64,000 nt of DNA from Prochlorococcus sp. AG-347-C10. Lineage in GTDB: Bacteria > Cyanobacteriota > Cyanobacteriia > PCC-6307 > Cyanobiaceae. This document shows, piece by piece, positions 1-8,169 of this stretch. Both the position numbers and the translations under genes were made by a program. The stretch is taken from the NCBI GenBank assembly GCA_003281705.1, contig QCBF01000004.1:1344-65343 (forward strand), in the 5' to 3' direction. The notes under the pieces were generated by a model. That model did no database searches. It had not been told where the DNA came from and saw only the letters and a program-made list of their open reading frames with translations. Positions within the stretch are counted from its first letter, which is position 1. Each line of letters begins with the position of its first letter.

Positions 1-189
1 ACAATACCTGGGGGTTTACAGTTTGAATGATAGAAAAAAAACCTTATCTCGTTTATTCATTTTTCTCATAAAGTTTCGAGCCTGATAATTTCTTATTCCG
101 TCCCATAAAGTCACACCTTCATTTTTTAAAGTATCTATGCTGTAAGCATCAGGCTCACTTTTCATTAGCCAGTAATTTATTTCAGTCAT
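1..189 (-). CDS. EVE-domain protein, 5' part (runs off window), apparent +1 frameshift in A8 run at 34-41
   Basis: MTEINYWLMKSEPDAYSIDTLKNEGVTLWDGIRNYQARNFMRKM carries EVE hallmarks YWLMKSEP and WDGIRNYQARN; removing one A restores VFFYHSNCKPPGI. Confidence 0.9.
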
Positions 190-298
190 ATCAAGGGATT
201 AGAAGAATATTGCAAAGTGTGGATAGGGTGTGGATGGAATAGTTTCGCTACTCGCTTCTCAAGTTATTATCCATCAAATTATCTATTTAGGAAAGTGA
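160..298. repeat. EVE 5' end + upstream region, copy 1
   Basis: Ungapped match (offset 6477) to 6637-6775; 197-232 vs 6674-6709 is 35/36 identical. Confidence 0.9.
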
Positions 299-414
299 TG
301 GGTGTTAAAGGAGATAATTAAAACTTTTCTTTAACCTTAGCTAATACACAATTTTGTATAAAAATTTCTTGATTGAGAGAAAAAACATTCAATAATTTTT
401 TATCTCAAAAGTTT

Positions 415-531
415 ATGGCACTTATTCCTTTTAAAACAACTGAAAAACAAAGCAAAGCTCGTAGCAAAACAATTTTTAGTCTTGCTTTAATTATGACCTC
501 GTTGGTAGCTTGGATGTGCTTATTTAAATAA
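415..531 (+). CDS. 38-aa membrane microprotein
   Basis: MALIPFKTTEKQSKARSKTIFSLALIMTSLVAWMCLFK; hydrophobic C-terminus; 7 nt from next ORF. Confidence 0.55.
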   Translation: MALIPFKTTEKQSKARSKTIFSLALIMTSLVAWMCLFK

Positions 532-538
532 AATTATT

Positions 539-673
539 ATGGCTAAAAAAGAAGGTAAGGAATTAGCAACAGTAAAGGTCTATCTTAATACTGGAATAAT
601 TGCTGGATTAGTTGGGGTTGGATTTGTTGCCTCTACTTTAATTTTTGGAGTATTAATTCTAGTTTTAAAATAA
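539..673 (+). CDS. 44-aa single-TM microprotein
   Basis: MAKKEGKELATVKVYLNTGIIAGLVGVGFVASTLIFGVLILVLK. Confidence 0.65.
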   Translation: MAKKEGKELATVKVYLNTGIIAGLVGVGFVASTLIFGVLILVLK

Positions 674-739
674 AAACAGGAAATTCATAAATTTATGAAC
701 TTAAATTAATCTTCTTTAGAGCTTAATAGAGGTCTTATT

Positions 740-856
740 TTATTTTAATTTCTCAAGTGGCTTTTCAATAAAATAAGGTTTTTTTAAAACTGCAAGAAAA
801 AACCATCCTCCGCTAATTACTAAAACCATCCCTAGATAAGCAAAACCATAAATCAT
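740..856 (-). CDS. 38-aa single-TM microprotein
   Basis: MIYGFAYLGMVLVISGGWFFLAVLKKPYFIEKPLEKLK, just downstream of 868-1056. Confidence 0.5.
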   Translation of the reverse strand: MIYGFAYLGMVLVISGGWFFLAVLKKPYFIEKPLEKLK

Positions 857-867
857 TTTTACTTTAA

Positions 868-1056
868 TTAAGTTGATTTCATTTCTGATTCTTTTTTAAC
901 TTCCTCTTGTTGTTCAAGGTTCACCTCATTCTTAACCTCTTCTTTTTCTTTATCCTTAATTATTAATTTTTTTTCGTTTCTTCCAAAATCATCTTTACCT
1001 AAAATAAAGAATATAAGCGAAACTATAAAAAAAAGTGCAAAAAGCAAAACTTCCAT
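868..1056 (-). CDS. Small membrane-anchored protein with charged tail
   Basis: ORF track; N-terminal TM followed by E/K-rich tail. Confidence 0.65.
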   Translation of the reverse strand: MEVLLFALFFIVSLIFFILGKDDFGRNEKKLIIKDKEKEEVKNEVNLEQQEEVKKESEMKST

Positions 1057-1407
1057 TAGTAAATAGCATTAAATTAAATATAAATTAATTTACAGATCTA
1101 ATTTTAATCAATATCAAATAATACAACTTGCAGTAAATTTAGTCCTAAGTAACTAAAAGAATAAATATCTTTAATATCAACTGATTTCAATATCCAAATA
1201 CTTAAAGAGGTAATATTTTTTACTTTTAAAATTTTTTTAAATATATATTTTCGTGATTATTAATTCGACCTTTAAACTTATATATACATTTGTATCCATA
1301 AATCTTTATATTTAAGAGTGTTATTTTCTTATTCTATTTATAAATTTTGTACTTGAATAAACCTTTAAAAATATTTAGTTTATTTTGAGTTATTAAATTT
1401 AAAGCAA

Positions 1408-1623
1408 ATGATAGGAGCAACAAAAGATCCAACATTAATTTTACTTTTTGGGAGTATTGGTATTTTACTTTTCGGATCAATTGGTTATGGAATCTATACA
1501 ACAGTTGGACCCTCATCTTATAAGTTAAGAGATACAATTAAAGAGCATGCAAGAATGCATGAGTTAGGCATCGCTCATGGTCACAATCATCAAGAACATA
1601 ATGAAGCAGAACATATTCATTAA
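1408..1623 (+). CDS. PsbN-like protein with His-rich C-terminal extension
   Basis: TM then GYGIYTTVGPSSYKLRDTIKEH resembles PsbN (GYxIYxxFGxxSxxLRDPFEEH); tail HGHNHQEHNEAEHIH. Confidence 0.75.
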   Translation: MIGATKDPTLILLFGSIGILLFGSIGYGIYTTVGPSSYKLRDTIKEHARMHELGIAHGHNHQEHNEAEHIH

Positions 1624-1633
1624 TGAAATTTAA

Positions 1634-1771
1634 ATGTATTTATACTTTTTAAACTCTGAATTAACTACTGAGTTCTTCTTCATTTCCATTCTTTCTGGAG
1701 CATTGTTATCGTTCTTCATTTTTTTACTTTTTTGGCTGACTAATCAAAACGCAATGTTTAAAAAACAATAA
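1634..1771 (+). CDS. 45-aa membrane microprotein
   Basis: MYLYFLNSELTTEFFFISILSGALLSFFIFLLFWLTNQNAMFKKQ. Confidence 0.45.
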   Translation: MYLYFLNSELTTEFFFISILSGALLSFFIFLLFWLTNQNAMFKKQ

Positions 1772-1811
1772 TTTCACCTTTAGATATTTGAAAAGTTTTA
1801 AAAAGGATTTT

Positions 1812-2165
1812 TTATTTTGTTTTACAAAGAATATAAAACCAGCCAAAGAAAGTAGCAAATGCAATTATTGGAGCAATACTGTTATTCAATGGATTTAAAT
1901 ATCTTTCTATCGATAGTGGCACATAGAGAATTACCAAATACCAATAGAGAGCAGATAGTAATCCAAACAATAAAGCCAGAAGGATATAAAAAGGTAAAAT
2001 ATATAATCTTCTTTTTTTAATTCTTTCCTCTGTAATATTTTCGGTTAAACCAATTCTTGACCAATAACCACCATTTAATTTAAGAAAAATCTTTATAAAT
2101 ATTCCGTAAATATTTTTAAAAAATCTAGATAAAGCAAATAACGGTGAAATTATAAATCGTTGCAT
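1812..2165 (-). CDS. Hypothetical membrane protein
   Basis: ORF track; two hydrophobic segments; TAATG coupling with upstream ORF. Confidence 0.7.
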   Translation of the reverse strand: MQRFIISPLFALSRFFKNIYGIFIKIFLKLNGGYWSRIGLTENITEERIKKRRLYILPFYILLALLFGLLSALYWYLVILYVPLSIERYLNPLNNSIAPIIAFATFFGWFYILCKTK

Positions 2166-2353
2166 TAAAGTTTTAAAAATTTAATTTGCTCAGTTTTAGA
2201 AATCTGACTAATATTATTATCTTTTTTTTCTCTATATTTCGTTAGAAAAAATACCATTGAGCTAAAAATAACTAAAAATCCTATTAATGAAATTTGGTAG
2301 AATAGGTCATCAGATATTTCAAAAAAAGCTGATCTTTTATATTTGTTTCTCAT
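2165..2353 (-). CDS. Small single-TM hypothetical protein
   Basis: ORF track (ATG at 2353), immediately after the ~47-bp element. Confidence 0.6.
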   Translation of the reverse strand: MRNKYKRSAFFEISDDLFYQISLIGFLVIFSSMVFFLTKYREKKDNNISQISKTEQIKFLKL

Positions 2354-2354
2354 C

Positions 2355-2401
2355 AAAAAAGAGGGTTGTTTTACCCTCTAATGTAGATTGACTTTCAATT
2401 A
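2355..2401 (-). repeat. ~47-bp island element, copy 1
   Basis: Minus strand TTGAAAGTCAATC-TACATT-AGAGGGT aaaaca ACCCTCT TTTTT G ATG. Confidence 0.8.
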
Positions 2402-2499
2402 ATGACTTTTGGTGATGCAAGTAGTAAGCGTTTCACAAAAAAAAGATAATGATAATAGATTTTATTTAAGATATAAAAACAGACTTTAAGGAGGATTAA

Positions 2500-2877
2500 A
2501 TGTCTATCATTACCGACAATACAGTGTTAATTCATATTTACAGCGGTTTAGAATTCAAAAATAAAGTAACTTTAGGTTTATTGGTTGCCCTTAATGCAGA
2601 AAAAAACGATCATAAAGTAACTCTTTTTCTAGCAGGAGACGGAGTACAAATATTAGATTGCAAAAAAGCTGGTGAAATAGTTGGACAAGGTACTGGAGAT
2701 TTATACGAACATCTTCAAAATTTAAAGAAATCAAAAGTTACCATTTATGTTTCAGGTATGTCTGCTAAATCTAGGGGTTACGATGAGAAGCTTCTAGATG
2801 GATATAAAGCAGAGTATGTGATGCCGGATGTTCTAGTTGAAGAATCAATTAAAGCGGATAGCGTACTTTGCTATTAA
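2500..2877 (+). CDS. DsrE/DsrF-like family protein
   Basis: VTLFLAGDGV motif, IYVSGMSAKSRG, C-terminal ADSVLCY; RBS GAGGA. Confidence 0.8.
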   Translation: MSIITDNTVLIHIYSGLEFKNKVTLGLLVALNAEKNDHKVTLFLAGDGVQILDCKKAGEIVGQGTGDLYEHLQNLKKSKVTIYVSGMSAKSRGYDEKLLDGYKAEYVMPDVLVEESIKADSVLCY

Positions 2878-2920
2878 AAAAGGAGCTAACTGCTCCCTAA
2901 TTTAGATCGAAAGTCAATTA
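2876..2920 (-). repeat. ~47-bp island element, copy 2 (may double as DsrE terminator)
   Basis: Minus strand TTGACTTTCGATC-TAAATT-AG GGAGC agtta GCTCC TTTTTT. Confidence 0.75.
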
Positions 2921-3019
2921 AAAATAGCTTGAAATAACAGTCGAATCGTAAACATGACTTGATGAATTTCCATTAATTATCAGCAACTCACAGTTGAGCT
3001 TTTTATGTAACATAATAAG

Positions 3020-3037
3020 TTTACATAAAGTAACAAT
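3020..3037 (+). promoter_or_regulatory. HLR1-like (RpaB) direct repeat
   Basis: TTTACATA-AA-GTAACAAT immediately before ATG 3041. Confidence 0.5.
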
Positions 3038-3040
3038 TAA

Positions 3041-3235
3041 ATGAAAAGACTTATTCCTTATATTGCCTTTGCTTGTCTAACTGGTTTTACAGCTACAACA
3101 GGGTTACCAGTTATGGCTGGAACATGCAGCAGCCACATGAATAAAAAAGCAGAGATCAAATGTGCTGAAAATGATACTGAGTGTCAAGCTGAAAAAGCCT
3201 CAAAGTTTGATTTAAAAGATTCTCTCAAGTCATAA
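3041..3235 (+). CDS. Small secreted Cys-containing protein
   Basis: Signal-like N-terminus (..PVMA), CxxxxxxC in mature part. Confidence 0.7.
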   Translation: MKRLIPYIAFACLTGFTATTGLPVMAGTCSSHMNKKAEIKCAENDTECQAEKASKFDLKDSLKS

Positions 3236-3239
3236 AATT

Positions 3240-3344
3240 ATGACTCAAATCAATTTATTTATGAACTCTGCTCCAAGAGATTTGATTGAGTTCGTATTCT
3301 TTGCAGCAGTTGGTTTCACTGCAGGCTCCTTTGGACTAATTTAG
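3240..3344 (+). CDS. 34-aa membrane microprotein
   Basis: MTQINLFMNSAPRDLIEFVFFAAVGFTAGSFGLI, 4 nt after previous stop. Confidence 0.65.
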   Translation: MTQINLFMNSAPRDLIEFVFFAAVGFTAGSFGLI

Positions 3345-3457
3345 AAATTGAATTAAAATTTTTTATTTCTCCTAGCCTTTTCAAATTTTCTTTCTTTTAT
3401 CTGAAGGCTTGCATATAGAGAAATTTAATCAATCAAAAAATAAAAATTTTTTTTAAA

Positions 3458-3640
3458 CTACCTTTTATAAATAAATTTTTGAATGTCTAAGAATAAGTTA
3501 GATTTTGTTCTAAAAAATCCATTATTTTTTAAATAAGATTTTCCTTTCTCAATATTTTCAATTCTTTTTTTATAAGAATTTTCATCTAAATCTTTTTGCA
3601 TAAAAAAATAAGTTGGAATCTTATTTTGAATAAGATTCAC
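3458..3640 (-). CDS. Hypothetical protein
   Basis: ORF track only; ATG at 3601 is a plausible alternative start. Confidence 0.4.
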   Translation of the reverse strand: MNLIQNKIPTYFFMQKDLDENSYKKRIENIEKGKSYLKNNGFFRTKSNLFLDIQKFIYKR

Positions 3641-3795
3641 AAAAAAGCGGTTACCTTAGATACATAATTTAATTTCTTTTTTGAATTTCTTCTCATTCAA
3701 ACTAAAGATCTAAAAAATAGTTTCTTTCTTGAATTTCTAATATTAAATATGAAAAATAAATTAAAAATAAAATTTTTAGAAAAAAGATAATTTAG

Positions 3796-3838
3796 GTAGG
3801 AAACACTACATCAATTACCTTTCAGGAATTACTAGTTT
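3796..3838 (+). promoter_or_regulatory. NtcA-activated (class II) promoter of hli
   Basis: GTA-GGAAACAC-TAC (3796-3809), 23 nt, TAGTTT -10 (3833-3838). Confidence 0.7.
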
Positions 3839-3866
3839 GTAGATATTAAATCTATTTCGAATAATT

Positions 3867-3995
3867 ATGGAATTCGCTAAAAAATTCATGACTGAAAAAG
3901 CTGAAAAGCTTAACGGTAAAGCAGCAATGCTTGGAATGTTAGCTCTTATAGGGGCATATTACTTTACTGGTCAAATTGTTCCAGGTATTTTCTAA
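3867..3995 (+). CDS. hli: High-light-inducible protein, 42 aa
   Basis: MEFAKKFMTEKAEKLNGKAAMLGMLALIGAYYFTGQIVPGIF. Confidence 0.95.
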   Translation: MEFAKKFMTEKAEKLNGKAAMLGMLALIGAYYFTGQIVPGIF

Positions 3996-4017
3996 GGAAA
4001 AGCTTATTAAGACTTTT

Positions 4018-4047
4018 GGGGGTTGGTAATTTTCAGCCCCTTTTTTT
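4018..4047 (+). terminator. Intrinsic terminator after hli
   Basis: GGGGTTG-N8-CAGCCCC then T7. Confidence 0.8.
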
Positions 4048-4194
4048 ATTAAATGATGAAAAATCTCTCGATAACTTGTTTCTAATATCTTCAATATTCT
4101 TGATTAATTTGTCTAACCATCCTGTATTTTCTTCTGGTTTTAAATATTTAATTTTGGGTTGATTTATTTCAAGTGTCTCGAAATCTCCACTCAT
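4033..4194 (-). CDS. 53-aa microprotein (NTxWLDxLI family)
   Basis: MSGDFETLEINQPKIKYLKPEENTGWLDKLIKNIEDIRNKLSRDFSSFNKKRG; paralogue at 9907. Confidence 0.7.
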   Translation of the reverse strand: MSGDFETLEINQPKIKYLKPEENTGWLDKLIKNIEDIRNKLSRDFSSFNKKRG

Positions 4195-4220
4195 AAATTC
4201 TCTTTTGTATATTTGTTTAG

Positions 4221-4304
4221 CTACATCTATGTTCTAATTGATTTGACTAAAAAACTACGTATCTAATGTGTGCGGTTTGAAGAACATTTAGGTACGGGAA
4301 GAGG
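4221..4304 (-). repeat. Duplicated promoter module, copy A
   Basis: Ungapped match (offset 14449) to 18670-18753 in blocks of 24/26 and 25/32. Confidence 0.8.
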
Positions 4305-4421
4305 TATGTTTTTTTAGTCATTTAAACCAATGGCTGACCTAGATTAAAAATATGGTTGTTATGAATCGGTTGCATTGCTACAACTGAAATAAACCATAAA
4401 CTCTAAATTGCATTTAATAAA

Positions 4422-4604
4422 ATGACTTACTACAGTTGCTTTGATCAAAAAGGAAACATAATTGCTCGTTGTCAGACTAGAGAAGATATAAATGTTCTAA
4501 AGAAAATGGGTAGACCAATAGTGGAAATAAAAGAAATGAAAAAAGAGGAATCAGTTGTTTGTTCTTTAACTGGTAGTCCATCCGATTACAACGAAGATTA
4601 TTAA
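4422..4604 (+). CDS. Conserved-looking 60-aa hypothetical protein
   Basis: ORF track; IIARCQT and VVCSLTGSPSDY motifs. Confidence 0.75.
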   Translation: MTYYSCFDQKGNIIARCQTREDINVLKKMGRPIVEIKEMKKEESVVCSLTGSPSDYNEDY

Positions 4605-4789
4605 GATTATGACTCAAAGAATACTTCAATTAAATCAACATGGAAGATCAATAGTTCTTTTGTTGGTTGCATTGAATAGCATTTATACTTTTTTTTCTAC
4701 TTTTGATAAAGCATTAACTGATTGCTAGAGAGCGAGATAAAAATTTTTGGTATTTGTGTATTAACAGTTAATCAATAAAATTTAAGACA

Positions 4790-5100
4790 TAAAAAAAAAG
4801 ACCCTATTACAGATCTTTTTTTAATGGTGACGACAGAAAGGAGATCTGTTTAATAATCAGATTAAGAATTTTCTTAAAAATGAGTTTTGGGAGTAAAAGT
4901 GATTTCTCACTTCTTCATGCTTTACAAACGACTTTATTTTTAAGATTGTTCAGAATTAATCTCGAAAGTTTAATTTCTGATTACTTAACTGTCTTTCCGG
5001 AAAGGTTAGAAAAGTTAAATTACCTTAGTATTAAAGACCATGGATTAGTGAAGATCTATTTGGTCAACTTTGGTCGAGTCGATCACCAGAACTGTCGTAA
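4790..5100 (-). ncRNA. Candidate ~300-nt structured ncRNA ending in an intrinsic terminator
   Basis: 5' ACGACAG pairs with 3' CUGUCGU; internal UUCG-capped hairpin; terminator 4791-4822; TAATTT -10 at 5110-5105. Confidence 0.5.
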
Positions 5101-5183
5101 TAATAAATTAATCGGTCTGCCATATTTTGCATGAATCCTTAAGTTTGATTTAATCATGATTAATTAAATCTTTAATTAAAGGA

Positions 5184-5321
5184 CTACATCATCTCGTAGC
5201 TATCGAATTTAATTTTTAACTTTGCTGCCTTATGTAATAGTCCAACAGCTTCTTTTCTTCCAGTAGTTTGTTGTAGCTGATGAATTAATTCAGCATATTT
5301 TTTTACGATTTTCTTTCCCAT
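5184..5321 (-). CDS. 45-aa microprotein (RxEAxxxxxKA family)
   Basis: MGKKIVKKYAELIHQLQQTTGRKEAVGLLHKAAKLKIKFDSYEMM; similar to 43862-43990. Confidence 0.65.
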   Translation of the reverse strand: MGKKIVKKYAELIHQLQQTTGRKEAVGLLHKAAKLKIKFDSYEMM

Positions 5322-5576
5322 GGTACAAATTAAATGTATAACTTTTTAAATCACAACTAGTTAATCACAAATAGAAGAAGATAAAGAATCAACGGTAAAA
5401 CTCAGAGTCAACAAATTGGAACGGGTCAACTCGTGTGTTTTACATAATCAATTAGCTAAATACCTGTTGGTATCTAAGATTACATTGTTTTCAAATCCTG
5501 ATAACTGATTAACTTAAGCTGAAGCTTAAATTTAAGAATTTATAATGACGGTAATTTGATTATGCAAATTTAGAAA

Positions 5577-5909
5577 TTGAGTTCCTTAATTATCACAAAG
5601 GCTGCTTCAAATGAATTGTTAAGGCAATCGATATACCGTGGTACACCTGGAAAAATATTTTTATATTTGCAACAAGATAATCTTGATGTTGGATGGATGT
5701 TTTTAAGAGTAAATGTTTGGAAAGAATCAGGAATTCCTGTTGCTAGAACTGACGGCTTAACTGTTTACGCCCCAGATTCTCAAAAAAGTTTATTAGATGA
5801 TCTTACTCTTGACCATTATCAAGATTTAACAGGAGGAGGATTTTTAATTAGTGCTCCAAAAGGTGCCACAAAAAGTTCATGTGGATCAGGTTTTAAATTT
5901 ATAAAATAA
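5577..5909 (+). CDS. HesB/IscA-like fold protein with degenerate Cys ligands
   Basis: ITKAA, TDGLTVY, LTLDHYQDLTGGGFLI, SSCGSGF. Confidence 0.75.
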   Translation: MSSLIITKAASNELLRQSIYRGTPGKIFLYLQQDNLDVGWMFLRVNVWKESGIPVARTDGLTVYAPDSQKSLLDDLTLDHYQDLTGGGFLISAPKGATKSSCGSGFKFIK

Positions 5910-5950
5910 CGGTTGCAATTTTAATAGGGTTCAATTATTAAGTTTTAAAT

Positions 5951-6166
5951 TTATTCCCAAGTTTTCATATCAGAGAAGTCGCTCGCTATTGCATGAAGCA
6001 TCCCTCCTACAAATGATCTTGGACAACCAAGTTTGTTAACTAAAACTTCTGATTGTTTTTTGATATCTTCCCATGTAGGTCTGATATCCTCATTAATTTG
6101 TTTAAGGCTAGGTTTAAATTCTTCAGAATCATTCATATAAAAAGGTATTAACTCATTGAAATTCAA
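5951..6166 (-). CDS. Small hypothetical protein (LxxxxxCP family)
   Basis: ORF track; likely ATG at MNDSEEF; pattern shared with 38137-38307. Confidence 0.65.
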   Translation of the reverse strand: MNFNELIPFYMNDSEEFKPSLKQINEDIRPTWEDIKKQSEVLVNKLGCPRSFVGGMLHAIASDFSDMKTWE

Positions 6167-6214
6167 TTTATAGTAAAGAAAATCTCATTTATTTAAATAA
6201 ATATTCAATAAAAA

Positions 6215-6370
6215 TTACAAAATAAATTCTTTTGAAATTATTCTAAGTTGATTTAAATTGAGATTATTTAAATAATTATTTGCAATCAATTTTTCCTCAT
6301 TAATTTCGAGATCTTTTATCTCAGAAATAATGCTGTTAGATATTAAATCAATTAAATGTTCTTTATCCAT
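6215..6370 (-). CDS. 51-aa microprotein (MDKxHLI...SKEFIL family)
   Basis: MDKEHLIDLISNSIISEIKDLEINEEKLIANNYLNNLNLNQLRIISKEFIL; paralogue at 35291-35446. Confidence 0.75.
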   Translation of the reverse strand: MDKEHLIDLISNSIISEIKDLEINEEKLIANNYLNNLNLNQLRIISKEFIL

Positions 6371-6518
6371 TACTTATATATAAACCTAAAACAAACATTA
6401 ATTATTTAAAGTCTTCAACTCAACATATAAGTAAAAATACTTAGATAAATAGAAAACTCATGAGTTAGCTAAATCTCTTTAATAGTTTGAAATTCCAAGG
6501 CAGTTTTAATTACATCAA

Positions 6519-6543
6519 TAGCCAGTAATTAGTTTCAGTCATA
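6519..6543. repeat. Short displaced copy of EVE 5' end
   Basis: 23/25 identical to 166-190; minus strand reads MTETNYWL then diverges. Confidence 0.8.
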
Positions 6544-6636
6544 GTCTATAATTTGCGGGAAATATTGCTGCTAATATGGTGCTGTTATGAGGCATATAAA
6601 ATCCTTAAAAACCTATTTATATTAAAGTGATACATG

Positions 6637-6775
6637 TTTCATTAGCCAGTAATTAATCTCAGTAATATTTGGTGATTAGAAGAATATCGCAAAGTGTGGA
6701 TAGGGTGTGAATCGAATAGTTCCGGAACCCGCTTCTTAAGTTATTATCCATCAAAGTCCCTATTTTGGTAAGTGA
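6637..6775. repeat. EVE 5' end + upstream region, copy 2 (ATG lost)
   Basis: Ungapped match to 160-298. Confidence 0.9.
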
Positions 6776-6804
6776 GAGAGTAAGTGCCAAGCGTCTCATT
6801 TACT

Positions 6805-7103
6805 TCATTCATTTTCCATTATTTCAGCAGAACCAGAACAAACATTAACGCTAAACCACTCCATTGCCGACCAACTTTTTTTCTTGGTAGGTACCAGCAG
6901 CAATACTTACAAAACAATCATTCTCATACCAACTTCGATAACTGGGATTTTCTCCAGTTCCTTTTAGTCTGTTTTCTAAGCCTTTTCCATATTTTCTAAT
7001 AACAATATTTATGGCTTCAAATTCAATTTCTCTTCGCCTCTCATCAGCAAAAGCTTCTAAAGGTATTAAAAAAAAGAATTGATAGAATTAGCAGGCGTTT
7101 CAT
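6805..7103 (-). pseudogene. Secreted hypothetical protein with two homopolymer +1 frameshifts
   Basis: Removing one base from A8 (7068-7075) and T7 (6876-6882) gives 98 aa MKRLLILSILFLIPLEAFADERRREIEFEAINIVIRKYGKG...WFSVNVCSGSAEIMENE; ATGA overlap with upstream gene. Confidence 0.7.
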
Positions 7104-7495
7104 TTGTTGTCTTTATTTAATCCGTAAATACATAAAAGAGGATTAGCTATCAAAACAATCCAAAAAGGTGGAGGAGGCCCACCGTCGACTATTTTCCCTG
7201 CATTAAAAGTATTGAATAAAGCTATCGCTAAAAAACAAAACATTAAAACTAATTCTCCTGATAAAACTTTTCTTAAAGAGGCATTATCTTTTATTGAACT
7301 ACAAATAATCAATAAACAACCAATTCCTATATTACAGGCTGCCACTACATCCGCAGTACCTCTCACAAGAAGCAATGTTTCATTTGAAGCTTTGCCTGCA
7401 ATAGTTTCCACAGAAAAAATTAGTAAGAAAATAATTAATAATCCCAATATGATATGAAGCGCCCCAGTAGTTTTTAAAACATTTTTCAACTTCAT
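7100..7495 (-). CDS. Four-TM hypothetical membrane protein
   Basis: ORF track; GGPPPPFW loop. Confidence 0.75.
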   Translation of the reverse strand: MKLKNVLKTTGALHIILGLLIIFLLIFSVETIAGKASNETLLLVRGTADVVAACNIGIGCLLIICSSIKDNASLRKVLSGELVLMFCFLAIALFNTFNAGKIVDGGPPPPFWIVLIANPLLCIYGLNKDNK

Positions 7496-7498
7496 AAG

Positions 7499-7542
7499 AA
7501 AAAGAAGCTAATTGCTCCTTATTGTAGTTTGACTGTCAATCA
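7499..7542 (-). repeat. ~47-bp island element, copy 3
   Basis: Minus strand TTGACAGTCAAAC-TACAAT-AA GGAGC aatta GCTTC TTTTTCTT ATG. Confidence 0.8.
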
Positions 7543-7560
7543 AAAATAATTGATTTAAAG

Positions 7561-7994
7561 TTACAAATCATCCTTCTGGGAAATTAGAATTGGAACAACT
7601 TATGCTCCTATTGCTGCGAACCAAACTATTGTATTATCGGTTTTTGCATTACCCATTGTATGTTTTGGTGTCTTTGGACCAACTATAAAAGTATCCTCTG
7701 CTGCATAGGTAAGATCTTCCATGCCTTGTCTTTTGACAACAACGTACCTTGCTCAACATTGCCTAATAATGGAATTGGATGATGGTGAAGCGGGACTATC
7801 CCTCCCTCAGCTAATTCGACTCTTTGTAATATGATTTCTGGTTTTCCTTTTGGATATTTAAGAGCATCACCATCCATAACCTCAGAACCTAAAAAGACTT
7901 CTTGTACATCTACAGGAGATTCTGCAGCTATAGAAATACTAGGGTTGATTAGCATCAAAGCAAAGGCTATTGCAATGAATCAATTCTTAATCAT
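7561..7994 (-). pseudogene. Decayed secreted cupin-domain protein
   Basis: PLHHHP and PKHTMGN cupin motifs; TGA at codon 5, frameshift near 7742, TAA near 7600. Confidence 0.75.
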
Positions 7995-8169
7995 GAATTT
8001 GAATTACTAGAAAATTTTTTAAGATTAAGTTATTTTTTTTTAAAAGTAATTGATTTGACTTTTTGAGTTATTTAATAGAAAACAAATTTTAAAAAGTTTT
8101 TCATAGAGGTATTGAATTTACATAAATTATTAGTGCAGACACTTTTCAGAATCATTCTCAAGAATTTTG

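Noticed and set aside
4880-5134. 84-aa + strand ORF
   Set aside because: No motifs; the opposite strand shows RNA structure and a terminator
6784-6999. 71-aa + strand ORF
   Set aside because: Shadow of the frameshifted minus-strand gene 6805-7103
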